Below, piece after piece: positions 1-13,350 of a stretch of 64,000 nucleotides of DNA (position 1 is the stretch's first letter; each line of letters opens with the position of its first letter). A model generated the notes under the pieces. That model was not told the origin of the DNA. It did no database searches and worked only from the letters and a program-made list of their open reading frames with translations. The DNA comes from Podarcis tiliguerta (taxonomy: Eukaryota), in NCBI GenBank assembly GCA_965153285.1, contig OZ229119.1; one strand, given 5' to 3'. The position numbers were made by a program, and so were the translations under genes.

Positions 1-1498
1 TTCTTTCAACACTTTACTTCACAGTAGCAAAATATATATATATGATGATGTGCCTCAGCTGCACATTTGGCAGTGGATTAAAAATTGCTAGTTGACACAG
101 CGCTTTCAAAAACACTGAAGCCTGCAATATATGGCAACAGCTGAAGATTTTCAGAGCAGCTAAAGATCATTGAACTGTAATGTCTGTTAGCTATTTGATA
201 ATCTTTGAAGTTTCAGCTTTCTTTATGTTATGTTTAATTCTCTTTGTTATATGCAATGTGTTTTCAACAATATTTGTACTAGCAATAAGGTAGAGAATGG
301 TCATAAATGGCAGACAGTAGTGCTTAAGCATGTTAATTTTTCACTCATTGGAGTAATTAAATACAAGCCTTACACTCTAGTCCTAAACATGCTTCCTTCA
401 AATTGATTTCACTGATTTCAAGTAGGATTCCTCTCCAATTTAAGTTCAGGGTGCCAGCCATGCTTTCAGGAATGTAGTTTTAATTTGAATTTCAAACTGC
501 TTCCAGATCATAACCTGCTCACGTCTTAGGTACATTGAGGTGGTTAAGTGCATTCCAGATTATTGCAAAATGACTGGATCTTGTTAAAGTCTGTGGCTGT
601 GATCCAACTAAACAAAATGTGTGCATGGGGGAGAGCTGTGCACACAGACGGCTGTTTCTTTGAAGTTTCCACCAAGGATGCTTATGCTGCAACAAAGACC
701 AGCTTTTTGGTTTAAAATGCATCTTCCTTTTGCAAGATGCAGCTGTGGTTGAAACCTCAAACAAACCTCCAACCTCACAGGGTTCTTTCCTGTGCATATA
801 GCTTACTTGGGCACAGCCTATGAGTGCAGTCTGCGTAAAATAAAAAAAGGATGGTCTGCATGTTGCTCTTCTCATGGAATGATACTTTTGTTTGCTAATT
901 TTCCTTGTCCAGTTATAAGTCAACATGGCTTTTTACATAGGTCTATCATACCATGTAGAGTTTCATTCACTAGATATTCATGAAAGCATCACTCATTCAC
1001 TGAGAAATCTTTTATGTGAAAATTTCCTATTTCTCTGTATTTTCTATTTCTATATTCTATTTTCTATTTCTCCATATTTTGCAATGCAGTGTACTTCTAG
1101 GCCAATCAAAGGTGCTGGATTTATCTTTTGAAAGCCCTTCACGGCGTGAGAGCCATCTATTTCAGAAGTCATCTCTCCCTCAACTCATGCCAATTATATT
1201 TCTCAGATCAGCCCCTGCATTGTAATTTTTTTCTGTGGGGAGTGAGAAACTGTGATTGAAGCAAAGACTTTACAACAATTGTTCAAAAATCTGAGTTGTC
1301 TCAGAAAAAGCATCAAGGCTCTTATATTGGTTGCCAGATTTTATGACTTGCATCTGTCAAATTCTGAAAGCAAATAGAAGTTGTTTTCTTCAATCATGTT
1401 TTTCTTTGTTTTAGGCCACTTCTAGACTGTTGCTGTGATGTGGATTGGATCCAATTGCATGCTAGCAAATTTAGGTTGCACAATTAAAGTAATGTTGT

Positions 1499-1733
1499 TA
1501 CCTCGGGTTAAGTACTTAATTCATTCCAGAGGTCTGTTCTTAACCTGAAACTGTTCTTAACCTGAAGCACCACTTTAGCTAATGGGGCCTCCTGCTGCCG
1601 CAGCGCCACCAGAGCATGATTTCTGTTCTCATCCTGAAGCAAAGTTCTTAACCCGAGGTACTATTTCTGGGTTAGTGGAGTCTGTAACCTGAAGCGTATG
1701 TAACCTTAGCATATGTAACCCGAGGTACCACTG
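1499..1733. mobile_element. Tc1/mariner (pogo/Tigger-like) MITE, left TIR clipped
   Basis: Ends in TAACCCGAGGTACCACTG followed by TA. Inverted homolog of the copy at 25591-25832. Confidence 0.85.
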
Positions 1734-2562
1734 TAGATTAAAGTAGAATCATGTCCCATTTCCCCATCTGAGGTGAAATGGAGAAGTCCTCACTCCCACC
1801 CATGCCTTGCTTACTGGGGTTGCAAGGCTGCAACTTCTGGATTCCAGTGAGATCTCACCAGACCCCAGAAGTTGCAACTGCTTCTCCTTGTTTGTCTGGT
1901 GGCAGCAGTGGGGGGCCAACCAGGCCCCCACCCCCCATGCTACCATGAGAGAAGTGAGGAGAAGAAGCTGTGGCAAGATCTTGTGAGAGCTCCACGAGAT
2001 CCCATGAGATTTTGCCAGAAGCTGCTGTTGCCTCACTTCTCGTCTCCTCACTTCTCTTGTGGCGGCAGCAGGGGAGAGAGCTACCTTAGTCCACCCCATA
2101 GAAGGGCTGGTCCTGCTCTTGCACAGTACCACCCAACCACCACCACCAAAAAAGTGAGAATTTTTGCACTATGGAAAGTGATAGGAAATTGCACTAGCAA
2201 GTGATATAACCATTGCTTGATGTGACATCCCCACAAGCTACCGGAATGAATATGGATGCTGTATAACTTCCCTGCAAATTTTGTGCAAACAAATCAGGAT
2301 AAATGTTCAATGAGCAGGTCGTTAGAAAACAATCTTAGTGTTTTATTATGCATTGAGCATTTATTAATTTTTTTGTAGACTCCATTGAGGCTAAGGAAAA
2401 GTCTTCTATAAATGTTGATAGCTCTGATTACACATGCCTTACTTCTGAGTAGGCATGTATACTATTGCTTTATAAATGTGTAAACTAGCCCTTTTTGTGT
2501 TATTGTCTAAGCAGAAGTAAGAGAACTATTTGTTTAAACATTTTTCTTCCTCTCCTTAAAAG

Positions 2563-2684
2563 TATAATGAACCTACAGGATGTGGAGACAATTCACATCA
2601 TTTAAAGTGGCTTCCACATAAAACCCGGCAGCTTAAGGAAAGACCCAAATCATTCTTGTCAGAAAGCAGTCAGATTAGTAACAA
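2563..2684 (+). CDS. LRRIQ1: LRRIQ1 internal coding exon (phase 0 to 2), YNEPTGCGDNSHHLKWLPHKTRQLKERPKSFLSESSQISNK; upstream exons lie outside the window
   Basis: Pyrimidine tract plus AG at 2561-2562, donor AA|GTAAGT at 2685, open frame, phase matches the next exon. Poorly conserved region, so assigned by position and phase. Confidence 0.75.
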
Positions 2685-3238
2685 GTAAGTAAATAAATAG
2701 CTTTTAATGTTGCTTTCTGTAACTAACTGATTTAATAATCACTGGAAGAGCAATTAGAATTTCTTGTTGCTGTTTTGCTATTTTTAATTCATGTGATTTA
2801 AGTATTCGGCACATGTGCTTGGCACTAAAATAACGCAAATCAAATGCAAACAGTAGCTCTTTAATGAGCCAGTGTTTGCTCATTAATTTTTTTTAAAAAG
2901 CATAAAATTAAAGTGCTTTAAACTGAAGTCATAAAATAAAAAAGTAAAGTATGAAGTAGACATTAAAATGCAGATATCTGCTAGATAAGGGCAGAAGGAT
3001 TTCTTACAGCTCTGCATTCCTTTGTAGAAAAATCTTGAAATACGCTTTGAGTAATGGAGTGTAAACATTTCATGTGGAAGTCTGACTTTTATTACTCTCC
3101 AAGATAAAGTTCCTGGTATATTAAAATAGATTTTATTTCTGGGTTTCAGAAGGCTTAGGTGCTTGGTAGCACTATAAAAAACTGTGGGGACTTCTGTTAC
3201 TGGGCTAGCTTTCAAGAACTTTTGCTTGTCTTCCTCAG

Positions 3239-3334
3239 GTCAGAGAAGAGCACTCTCTCACAGCTTTCTGACCTGAAACTCCCCCAAAGGTCATCACAAA
3301 GATCAGAAAAAGAAGAAAAAATTTCAGAAGAATG
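3239..3334 (+). CDS. LRRIQ1: LRRIQ1 coding exon (phase 2 to 2), SEKSTLSQLSDLKLPQRSSQRSEKEEKISEEW
   Basis: ttcctcAG acceptor, TG|GTATGT donor. Matches recalled human ...SEKEKKISEEW. Confidence 0.9.
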
Positions 3335-4087
3335 GTATGTTCAGTTTATCATACTTCCACTTTTAATGGTAACTGTATTTATCAGGACTTGCTCATTTAG
3401 GTGAAAGCTGTGTTAGTGGCTGTCACAGCTAATCTGAAACATTTGTGCTTTTGTGTCCGGTAACTTTGTACACCATCCTTGGATCATGATGGACACCATG
3501 TTAGATTTTCTGAGACTGAATCAGCATAAGTGATGGTAATAAGAACATAATGTGCAGTTGTTGGCAATGAGAATGGTTTTATTGAATCAAGTTGGTCCAT
3601 AGTAATACATTTATGAAATATGGTTTGTGTATCCCTGAGATCAGTTGCCCGTTCAGCAGCCAGTGTTGAATGTAATCTTGAGCAATTATGCACGCACTTT
3701 TCTTAATTTTAGTGGGCTAACGTTATTGGAACCATATAGAGGTCTACAGCCCATGCCAAGGTCTGCACATATACTTTATTTGTAATATGTGCTTTGCTAT
3801 TGTATTATAGAGAATCCAAACAGCCCTGCATGTGGTATGCACATGTAATTCAACATTTTAGGTCCATCCCCTTTTCACATGTCCTTTGCTGTCCCTGAAT
3901 TCACCTCTCAGTGTCAAAATGGCCTCAAAGACCAATATTCAATGTGATGTGAGGTCTGCAATGTGATGTGAGGAAAACTGACAACTCTTCTGGGTATGCA
4001 CAGGAGTGGCTTTCCGCGTACCTTCCTGTATATTCAGTAAATGCATATTTCTTGTTGCCTGATGACTAAAAATCACATTTTTTTAAG

Positions 4088-4167
4088 GGGTTTTAAAGAC
4101 ATTTCTACTGCACAGTTGATGCTAAAGAGAGCACATAAAATGAAAGCAAAGAAATCTAATAAGCTTG
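4088..4167 (+). CDS. LRRIQ1: LRRIQ1 coding exon (phase 2 to 1), GFKDISTAQLMLKRAHKMKAKKSNKL
   Basis: tttttaAG acceptor, G|GTAAGT donor. Matches recalled human WGFKDISTAQQMLKRAQKMK. Confidence 0.93.
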
Positions 4168-4529
4168 GTAAGTAAACATTCCTGATGAACTATGTGATAG
4201 AAGTTACATGTCATAAATAAATCTGGTCTATTGATCTACATCTGGAAAGAGGCCCTCACCTCTTAAAAGCATTGAAGTGTATTGAAAGGTTGACACACCC
4301 AAAACTGATTGATGTTCATGGGATTGCTACTTAAGTATCATTGATTTCAAAGTAGTTTGCACTTCTATGCACTTATGTGTCAGGTAACAGAATTATTTTG
4401 ATTTTATCAGCCTTAATTTTGTTTATAATGTAGACATACTCATTTCATATCACCTGGAAAGATATGTGGACAATGGTTGCTCTAGATTCCTGACAATAGA
4501 ATCTAGAGCAATGGTTGCTCTAGATTCCT

Positions 4530-4726
4530 GAACTTCCTGACAGTAAGAGCTGTTCGACAGTGGAATTTGCTGCCAAGGAGTGTGGTGGAGTCTCCTTCTT
4601 TGGAGGTCTTTAAGCAGACGCTTGACAACCATATGTCAGGAGTGCTCTGATGGGGTTTCCTGCTTGGCAGGGGGTTGGACTCGATGGCCCTTGTGGTCTC
4701 TTCCAACTCTATGATTCTATGATTCT
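4530..4726 (+). mobile_element. CR1 LINE 3' end, young and 5'-truncated
   Basis: End of ORF2 (RAVRQWNLLPRSVVESPSLEVFKQ..LD) and (ATTCTATG)n tail. 6 substitutions in 183 bp versus 22292-22474. Confidence 0.92.
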
Positions 4727-7700
4727 AAGATTGTTTATTTAATAAGACAATTCTCAATTTTGTGAATTTTTTTTTAAAAACAATTTGAAAACATTGAAAT
4801 GCCAGTAATGTTGACTTCTAATTTCAAGTTATTAATGATGCCACTTTGATATTTTGAATGCTATTTGAAACTCCCTTGCAGATGTTTTGATGTATCATCA
4901 GTGTTGAATTTTGTGTGGCAAAATCAAGTATGCCTTTAAGAAATGCAATTTAAAATCTTAAGCATGTGCCTGTGACAAAGGAAAAGAAAATGGAGAGAGC
5001 CCCCAAAGAGTACATGCAAGTCCAGGGATTCTCATGGCCTCCCACCCTGTTCTATCAAAATATCCAGAATATCTGGTGTCCAGCTGAATTTTTCACATAC
5101 ATACATCTTGGTGGCCTACGTATCATTTGTAATTAATGGAACCCATTAGAGTGTATCATCTTTTCTCCATATGTGGTCTGCTTTATGTTACTTATGATTA
5201 ATCCATTCCTAAATGGTTGTTTCTTAAAGCATATCAAAGTCTGCTGTCCTGTCTTTTGTTGTATATAAAGGACTTCTTGATGTTCCAATATTAACAAGGT
5301 TGGGGAAATGAGTGTTTGTACATTTGCTTTCTAAAAAGTGTTAATTTCACAACTAACTGAGAATATAATCAGTATATAAACAGAGGGCTGATCTGGTATA
5401 ATGGTTAAGAGCAACAGCATTCCTGACAGATGCCAAGTTCCCAAGAGATGCATGTGCGTGAAGATAAACGCATGTGCAATACATATAATACACAGAGTTT
5501 TCCCATTGCTAGTAAAGGGTTGAGTAACAGCTCCACCAGGTGGTCAAAGGCTGGGTGAAATTGAGGGAATTAGGCAACTCCCACAATTCAGTTTGCTCCT
5601 GCCTTCATCAAAGAAGTCAGCTCCTTCTCTTTTCCTCCTCAGGCTAGCTTTTTGCCTGTTTCCCCCTCCATTTTCCCCCTCTCTGTCTCTGATTGCTCTG
5701 GTAATTTTTGCCTTTGCCTTTTAATGACCCTATTTCTTCCTTAATGCAGCTTTGCAGTCCTTTTTTCCCCTCAGCTCTCTCCAGTCCACCACCACCCTTT
5801 TCCTTATTGGAAATTTTCCCACCTGTTTTCTTTTCCTGTTTACTCTGTTCTTTCTATTAAAAGAAAGAAAGAAAAATAAAAAATAAAAGCCCTTCCCTCT
5901 CCCTTCTGTTGTCTCCTCTCCTTCCCTCCCCATATTCTGGCTGACTATTATGGCATCAGAGGGTGGATAGTGGGAATAAGCCTTCTCTTAGCTTATTTGG
6001 TAAGAAGCCTTTTAAGCTACTTCACATCCACCTTCTTACCAGGCATGTGTGTTGTACAATGCTTCAGTGTCTGTAGCCATTGTACCAGGAGGGAATGGCA
6101 TCCAACAGCCCGCCTAGTGTGGCCTCTGGCAGCTCTGGCTGTATTGCTATATTGACTTCCCCCATGTTTCTCTCTGCCCGTTGCCCTGGACCATATACTA
6201 TGTATTGACAGGCTGCTCAGTAACTGTGCTATCCATACTCTATGGCTCAAAGCAGCACAATCAGAGAGAAATGAAAGAGCAGGCGATGACTATTGTCATG
6301 TTACTCTGATTGTGAGCTTTCCTGGGGCATCTGTAGAAAACAGAATGCTGGACAATGGGTCTTTGGATTCATTCAGATCCTTATTTAAATTATAATGCTA
6401 AATTCTCCATTTTCTGCAGTCCACCAAATTTACCTGCCAGTTTAAAGCCCCACAGACCCAAATTATAACTGAATCATACCCCAGGTTTGCTGACATCTGC
6501 TATATATTCTCTTTGAAAAGCATTTCTCCATTTCAAGCACAATATGGAGTCGTCGTCTAGGTACATAGTGAGCACTATCCTGAACTCAGATTAGAAAGAA
6601 GGCGATCTAGGCTATTTGCATGTTTGTATTCTTTTATGAAGTTTGTCTGTGTTGATGTCTGAAAGCTTGCATGAAGGGAAATTAGGTTCTGGCAAGTACC
6701 CAAGTCTTGTGGCTTTTATCAAAAGGAAGGACTCAGGATTAGCTTTCGATATATGTTGTGCTGTAGACAACTGGTGTCTGAGTACTTTATTGCACCAGTG
6801 CTGTCAGGTAATGGATCAGAGGGCAGTTCTGCTTTAATCCATTACAGTTATGAATGTTTATTCAAGCAGTTAAATAAGTTGTGGCCACAGTTTAACCATA
6901 CCAAATGTGTGCTGTGATTTATTCATCTACTGTGTCCACACCAACTACTTTTCTCTAATATGAGATAATCGGAAAAGTGTGGGCATGATACTGGAACACT
7001 TTGCAGCCAAGGAGAACTGGCAGAACGTCAAAAGATTTCCAAGTGTGGAGAATGCAGTCTTAATTAAGCAGTAGTCCACAACGTATCACTTTGGTTTTAA
7101 ACACCCATGGTCACAAAGTGTTATTTGCTATGTCTTGACAAGATAGGAACTGTGTTCCTCTTTATACTTTGATTCTTGAAGATGCAGTATTTATCCTCTT
7201 AAGCCTGTAATCCTAACCCCTGGCTGGCAGTGGCTGGGCATGATGGAGTAGCTCAGTAATCACTGCATCCACAACCCCTCCACTCATGCCACTCAGAGTG
7301 GAACATGGGGATTTTAAAAAGCCCCTTTCCTGCACCAGCACTCAGATTGGTGCTGCAAAGACGCCTAGTTGGAGCCCAATGCTATCATGTGACTGTAACA
7401 AAGCACACCTCATAACTACAGGATCATGTGTGTTACCCTGCTGCATTTCAGGGTTTTCCACTGGCCACTGTCAGTGGAGGGTGGTGAAGCAAGGCTGGGC
7501 TGGGCAGAGGAACACTTCCTCTCTATCCAAATGCCTGCCAGCACAGCAATTCACAGATTGGATTGGTCTGTAATTCACAAATACTCTGTCATAGTATTAA
7601 ACCCTATTTAAACAAAGTTTAATCACTTAAAGCTTTCACTAAAATCAAACAATATATAAATTTTGTCACGGGCTTTTGTCTCGTTTTACATTACAGTGCT

Positions 7701-8189
7701 AAGCACTTCTTCTAGAGCCAAGCCAACTTATCTTTAATGGCACATCATCCAAATAATAGGGTTTAACATTCTAGTCTACATCATATGTAATTCCAGTTTC
7801 TCTTACCAGTGCATAATATAATAAAATACACATTTGCTCCATAAGTGTAAACCATAGGAATAAAGGCATAGATATTTCAGTACAGTTCTGCTGATTTCAA
7901 TTCCCAACAGGTACTGATCGAGTGGGAAAGGTCCATACAGTTGGCCCCACACACGTAACTATTGTTCACAAACATGTAATTCTGAACAATGATGGAGACT
8001 TTTCCACACCATCGGGTTTGTGTGTGTGAAGGGAGCTTAATATGTTTAAATGGAGACGCATCATATGCATTATCCAGGTGTCCGTGTCCATAGGAGTGTG
8101 CTTACGTGTACAGTGCTGTGTCTGAAAATCTCCCATTTCCAGATGATTAATGCTGGCAGATGATTGAAGCATCTGTCACGGATGCTTTA

Positions 8190-8262
8190 ACTGAGATTTC
8201 TGCATTGCTGGGGGTTGAACTAGATTACCCTTTGGTCCCTTCCAACTCTACGATTCTATGAT
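8190..8262 (+). mobile_element. CR1-type 3' tail fragment
   Basis: gggggttgaactagat...ggtcccttccaactctacgattctatga. Confidence 0.75.
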
Positions 8263-9035
8263 ATATTTGATAGCACTGATCACCTATTGAGATGGGAGGC
8301 AGTAAGTGGAATCAGCCACCTTCCCCCTGAGTAGCCCATGAGCAGCAGATAGCACTGACCATCTGTTTGATACTTCCCACACTTCAGGTACTGGATGTAG
8401 TGGAAGGGTTTTTTTCCCCTCCCCAAGGTGAAAGATGTTGCCATTGTAGCACCTTTTTGTATGGGCAAGGGGATGTAGAATTATGATAAATGTAGGGACG
8501 CTTGTTTTCATCGGGTGGATTTGACAAGTAACACACTTTATGCAACACATTATTTGAAAATATTTATTATAGGTCTTCTTTAAAGTTAGCACCAGATAAT
8601 AGGATGCTCATAATTTCCAATTTTGAAATAGACACCATTATTCAACATCCTCGGCAGTCTCAACAGGTCGATCTAGTTATAAAATATGTAGGCTGGGCCT
8701 ACTCAACAGAAAGTGCAGCTTCCAGCTAGAAGATTTAAATATTATTTTAAATATACAGATTTTAATTGGCATTTTGCTTTACCATGGAAACTGGCCCAGA
8801 GAATAATTGGGCCATAGAATAATTGTTTAAGATATGTCACATAAATCAAAGTGATTTCCTTTCTCCTTTCTTTTTAACTCTTTAATGTTAGAAATAGTAT
8901 ATTTTCCCTTGATAATGTAAAACCTACATAGATCTTTTTTCTCCCCTTAAAAAATGGCTAAAAGGCGAATACTTCTTTTAGGGAATGAGTGAGCAAGATC
9001 TGACCTTTTGATTTTAACTTGTTCATGTCGTCTAG

Positions 9036-9137
9036 ACCCAGCTGTGCGCCTGGCGTTGTTCAAAAACAATGAAAATAAACATCCCCCTGTGAAACCACCA
9101 AAGAAGGCACAGACTGCAAAAACTGGTTACTTTGAAG
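9036..9137 (+). CDS. LRRIQ1: LRRIQ1 coding exon (phase 1 to 1), DPAVRLALFKNNENKHPPVKPPKKAQTAKTGYFE
   Basis: tctAG acceptor, AAG|GTATGC donor. Matches recalled human VRLALFKNNENK...GYFE. Confidence 0.93.
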
Positions 9138-10897
9138 GTATGCAAAGGAGTTTCATTTTATGTTTGACTTTTTTCTCAGATCTTTCGAAATTATGAAAGT
9201 CATTCAGATGTATGGATCAATTTCCTTAAAATACTTCTTTTTAGGTTGACAATGACAAACACTTTAATTCAGATAATGCAGATCTGCTGTCCACCCCACC
9301 CCCCTCTTGAACACACACACACACTCTGAGAGAGAGAGAGAGTACCCAGGTGGAAATTTTAAACTTCAGTTTATCAGAGAGCCTAACCAAGTGATATCTT
9401 CATAGAAAATATATTTCCTTTATTTCTTGAATGTTTGGAATCGCAGGAGGCAGGGTGGAATTTAACATCAGCAGCAAGTACACATATGTTATCTGTTAAA
9501 AGGGTTGCTAGTTTTGAAAGGGGATGCCCTAGGAAGTGAAACAATTAGAACACTTTTTCATTTTTGTTAAACTGGAATATATCACGGTAGTGAAAAAGTA
9601 TAAGGAATGAGACTACCAAATACATAGTATGTTTCTTGACCGCTTCTTCTCATTTTGACTGAATTATCAGTGTTAAAATAAATCCTGACACAATAAGGAA
9701 GAGGAATAATATATACAAAATTGTATCTGGCTACTAGATATGCAAGGGTTTTTTACGGTATTCATAATCATATGTGGCTAACTTGTTTTGTTATTTTCAT
9801 ATTGCACACATTTGTGTTTCATATTTTTAGGATTTAAATATTCTTCTTCTAGTAACAGATAGAAATTGTAGTGGGGAAACATTTAGTACCTATACTAAAA
9901 AGTCCACTGAATAGAACAGACTAAAACCAATTTTAACTTAGATTTATAATATGCCAAAATAATTATTTTTAGCTGACATCCAGTTCTTGCCTTGCTTCAA
10001 ATTTTTCATACTTTAGGTTTTGTAGGATGATAGCAGCAAAACTCAGTAGGAGAATAGAGATAGCTGGGCAGGCATATTTATCCTGACGAGTTTAAACAGT
10101 GTGTGATATATTTACTTATTTATTGTCTTACATAAATATTGCATTTTTCTCACTTTAAGCTGAAATAAATTTCCAAAGAAGTAATTGAAAATTTGTTTCC
10201 TTAAAAGGCTAGTCAAAACTTCATGAAAAACTATTTATTATTGTTTTCCACATATTTACCTTATTTTTCAGATTCTGTGCACGTTTAGGCCCTGTTGCAA
10301 AGCAAGATAGCATGAATTCATTGCTTCGTTTCTTTAAGACAATGCTTGTTTTTTTGTATTCTAGAAAATAGTATAGTACACAAACTTCTAACTGGGGAAT
10401 TGACACAACAGGGAAGTATAGAAGCAAATTATTTCCGCAGGTATCTTTCTCTGACAAGGACATAAGAAAGAAAGTGATGCAGGTGGTATCCATGGCTTTA
10501 AATCCACATAGTTCCTGTGCACGTGCAGACTTTTGAGTATGCAGAAATAGCAATAGAAGTCAATGCAGCGACCTCAGTATAAACTCCTTATACTGTATGG
10601 CACAGTATCCTTTTGTCTGGGAGATTATGTTACCATGTCCGTTTTTTTCACATTGTTATGCAGTTTAGTTCAGCATATACAGCTTCTTATGGTAAGCAGG
10701 CATCATACACATGAAATGCATTGTTCTTTAATGATGGGGAAATGATAGGGGGAAAGACATCTCTGGTGTTTGTTTTTAATGTATTGTCCAATTAGTGCAT
10801 TATGAAACATTTTTATAATGGATAGAAAGGATGCTTGTAACCCAATTTATTGGTCAGTGAGATCCCACTTTAATAATAGTTTGTATTGTTTAGATAC

Positions 10898-11276
10898 TGG
10901 TCTGATTTACACTAAGCCAAACCATGGCTTATTATGAAAGAGTGAGTGTGTGAGTACTCAGATTCAAAAGCATTACTCCTTCACTCCTTCCCAAGTCCTG
11001 CTGCTGTCACGCTGCCTGGAGCTAAACCATGGTTTGGCTTAGCATTACGTCTGAATGTGGGCTTGTGGTTTTTCAAACCACATCAAACCATGAGTTGTAA
11101 TTCTTGGTTATCATTCTGAGGGAGACAAATGGTGAGCCTAGGTTTGCTTGTCACTAAGGTGAACTATAGCTGCATTCCAGGAAGCATGGCAGCAGCATAG
11201 GTAGCAGCAATTTTTCCACTGTTCATTCGTTCACAGTTCACTATAATTTGGCCTACTTTGAAGTGTAAACTGGCCC
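10898..11276. mobile_element. Degraded palindromic MITE-like element
   Basis: ctaagccaaaccatgg / ccatggtttggcttag inverted repeat; tttacact / agtgtaaa near the termini. Confidence 0.55.
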
Positions 11277-11344
11277 ATTTTATTATGCAAGGAAATAGAA
11301 TTTTCATTTCCAAAGTACTTCCCTTCCTCCTTTTCTTTCAAATG

Positions 11345-11570
11345 TGAGGTCAGTGATGGTGACCAGAGATGAGGCCTTTTCCATTGTCTCTCTTTGGAAT
11401 CCCTGGTGCTGCATCTATAGCTTGCTGGTGGCAGATGAAAACTTTTTTATTCACCCAGGCATTCTCGATCAGTGATCTTTTTAATTTTTATATTTTATTC
11501 CTTTAACTTGTATGTAGACCACTGGTTGTTCTGTTTTTTTAGAAGCTGGATATAAATATTTAAAATAAAC
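11345..11570 (+). mobile_element. L2 LINE 3' fragment, degraded
   Basis: gaggccttttcc...tttggaatccct...aaacttttttattcacccaggc...ggatataaat. Confidence 0.5.
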
Positions 11571-13099
11571 GTAATTATTTTTAAAAAAGTAAAAAAGCTT
11601 ATTCTGGATAGGCAAGATTGAAACACAGTGGAAGGATCAACTCCTTTATTGTTGGAGAATATATGGAGCATAAAGTAGCAGAAGTGAAGAGAAAAGGTTT
11701 TACAACTTTAGTATAGTCCTTTGGGGTCAGTAGTGACCCCATCAGCAAAGAGGGCTAATTTTTTGGGGAATACTTATTCAGTATATAATGTCAATTACAT
11801 GTATGAGAGCCTACTGTTTAACTAATAACTATGTGTATACATATGCATTATATACGTAATCAGACTTTGATGTTGCTGGATATGAAAATGCACCACAAAT
11901 ATGTCATGTACTGCATCTTTTTTACATTTGTTAGAATAGGGGAGGATAATCATCGTAATGAGAAGCACATTGCAACCAACAGTTATAGAAATGAATTTTC
12001 TGTGAAGATCTACACAAAGAATTTCTGACAAATCCCAGCCGTCTACTGTAACAGCACAGATAGTACTTGAAACAATGCACCAGTGGCTCACTAACAGCTA
12101 GAGATAGATGCCAAGTCATACTTTCACAGTCTTGACCTCACATTGATTCAGCTAAAGCTGTTTCAATGTGTATGGTAAGCCAGCAAAACTGCCATATGGG
12201 GTGTAGTGCAAAATGTTGTGCAGATAATATTAATTATGGGAACGGCATGCTTTTACCATAATACCAGGTTCGTACTGATCTCATATGATGGAGCATTGCA
12301 GTTTACCATTTCACCAGCACTGTTACTGCCCCATCTGATATTTAACTCAATTCATTGCCAGTGCAAGACCCACAGCTAAACTTGGTATCATTGACACGTG
12401 GCACAAATATACGGTACCTTTAAAGATACAAAAGCCACTGGATATTTTATATCTCTCTAAGTGATGTTTAAAAACAAACAATATCATAAAAATAAATGTA
12501 CAATCTAAAATAAATAAAGTAGCAGTATAAAAGCATGCAAACCCAACAAAAAATGGGAATTTGGGTGATTCAAGTTCACAGACACACATGGGGGGGGGGA
12601 ACAATCTATTTTTGAATTCCACTTCTGGCCTGGTTTTGAACTGAAACAGCTTTGGTTGCCTTGGTAGACAATCCAAGCTGGGAACTTAAGAGGGGGAATA
12701 AGTCCTGGTAGGTTCTCTTGCTCTCATTCAAGACCACTGACCATGATATCCTTCTGGACTGACTGGCAGAGATGTTTTGCAGTGATTCTGGTCTTTTCCC
12801 CCAGAAGGTACTGTTGGAGGATTCCTGTTCAGTGTGCCATTGGTGTATGGTGCCCCTCAAGTATCAATTCTGTCCCCCATGTTGTTCATTGTCTACATGG
12901 AACCACTGGGAGAGGTTTTCCAAAGATTTGGAGTATATTGTCATCAATAGGTAAATGACACACAGTTCTATTTCTCCTTTCATCTAATGTGAAGCAGGCT
13001 GTTATGGTTCTGTACCCATGATGGGGTGGTATTGGGCTGGATGAGGACTAACAAATTGAAGCTCACTTCGGATAATGGATATGCCACTGGTCAGGAGAG

Positions 13100-13350
13100 A
13101 GCTACCCTTGAGTAGGGATTCAACCTGCCTTAGTTGGCTTGAAAAATCAGGTTTGTTGCTCGAGCAAACTCCTGGATTCAGCTTTACATCTGAATTACCG
13201 GTTGGTAGGTGGGCCAGAAGAGCCTTTACTCAGCTTAGGCTGATATACCAGCTGTTCCAGTTCTTCAGGAAATCAAACCTGGCTTCAGATGAAAAACCAT
13301 GCTTTATACTCTGAGCTCCGTTGAAGAAAGGAAGGATAAAATGGTAATAA
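13100..13350 (+). mobile_element. L2 LINE ORF2 and 3' fragment
   Basis: ARRAFTQLRLIYQL resembles the L2 RT C-terminal region; gaaaggaaggataaaat tail. Confidence 0.6.

Noticed and set aside
1016-1225. ORF ...SKVLDLSFESPSRRESHLFQK... as an upstream LRRIQ1 exon
   Set aside because: No convincing donor and no resemblance to the recalled preceding LRRIQ1 sequence.
11937-12028. Phase-2 acceptor with short open frame RIGEDNHRNEK...KNF*
   Set aside because: Compatible with candidate exon 10365-10440 but has no homology support; easily arises by chance.
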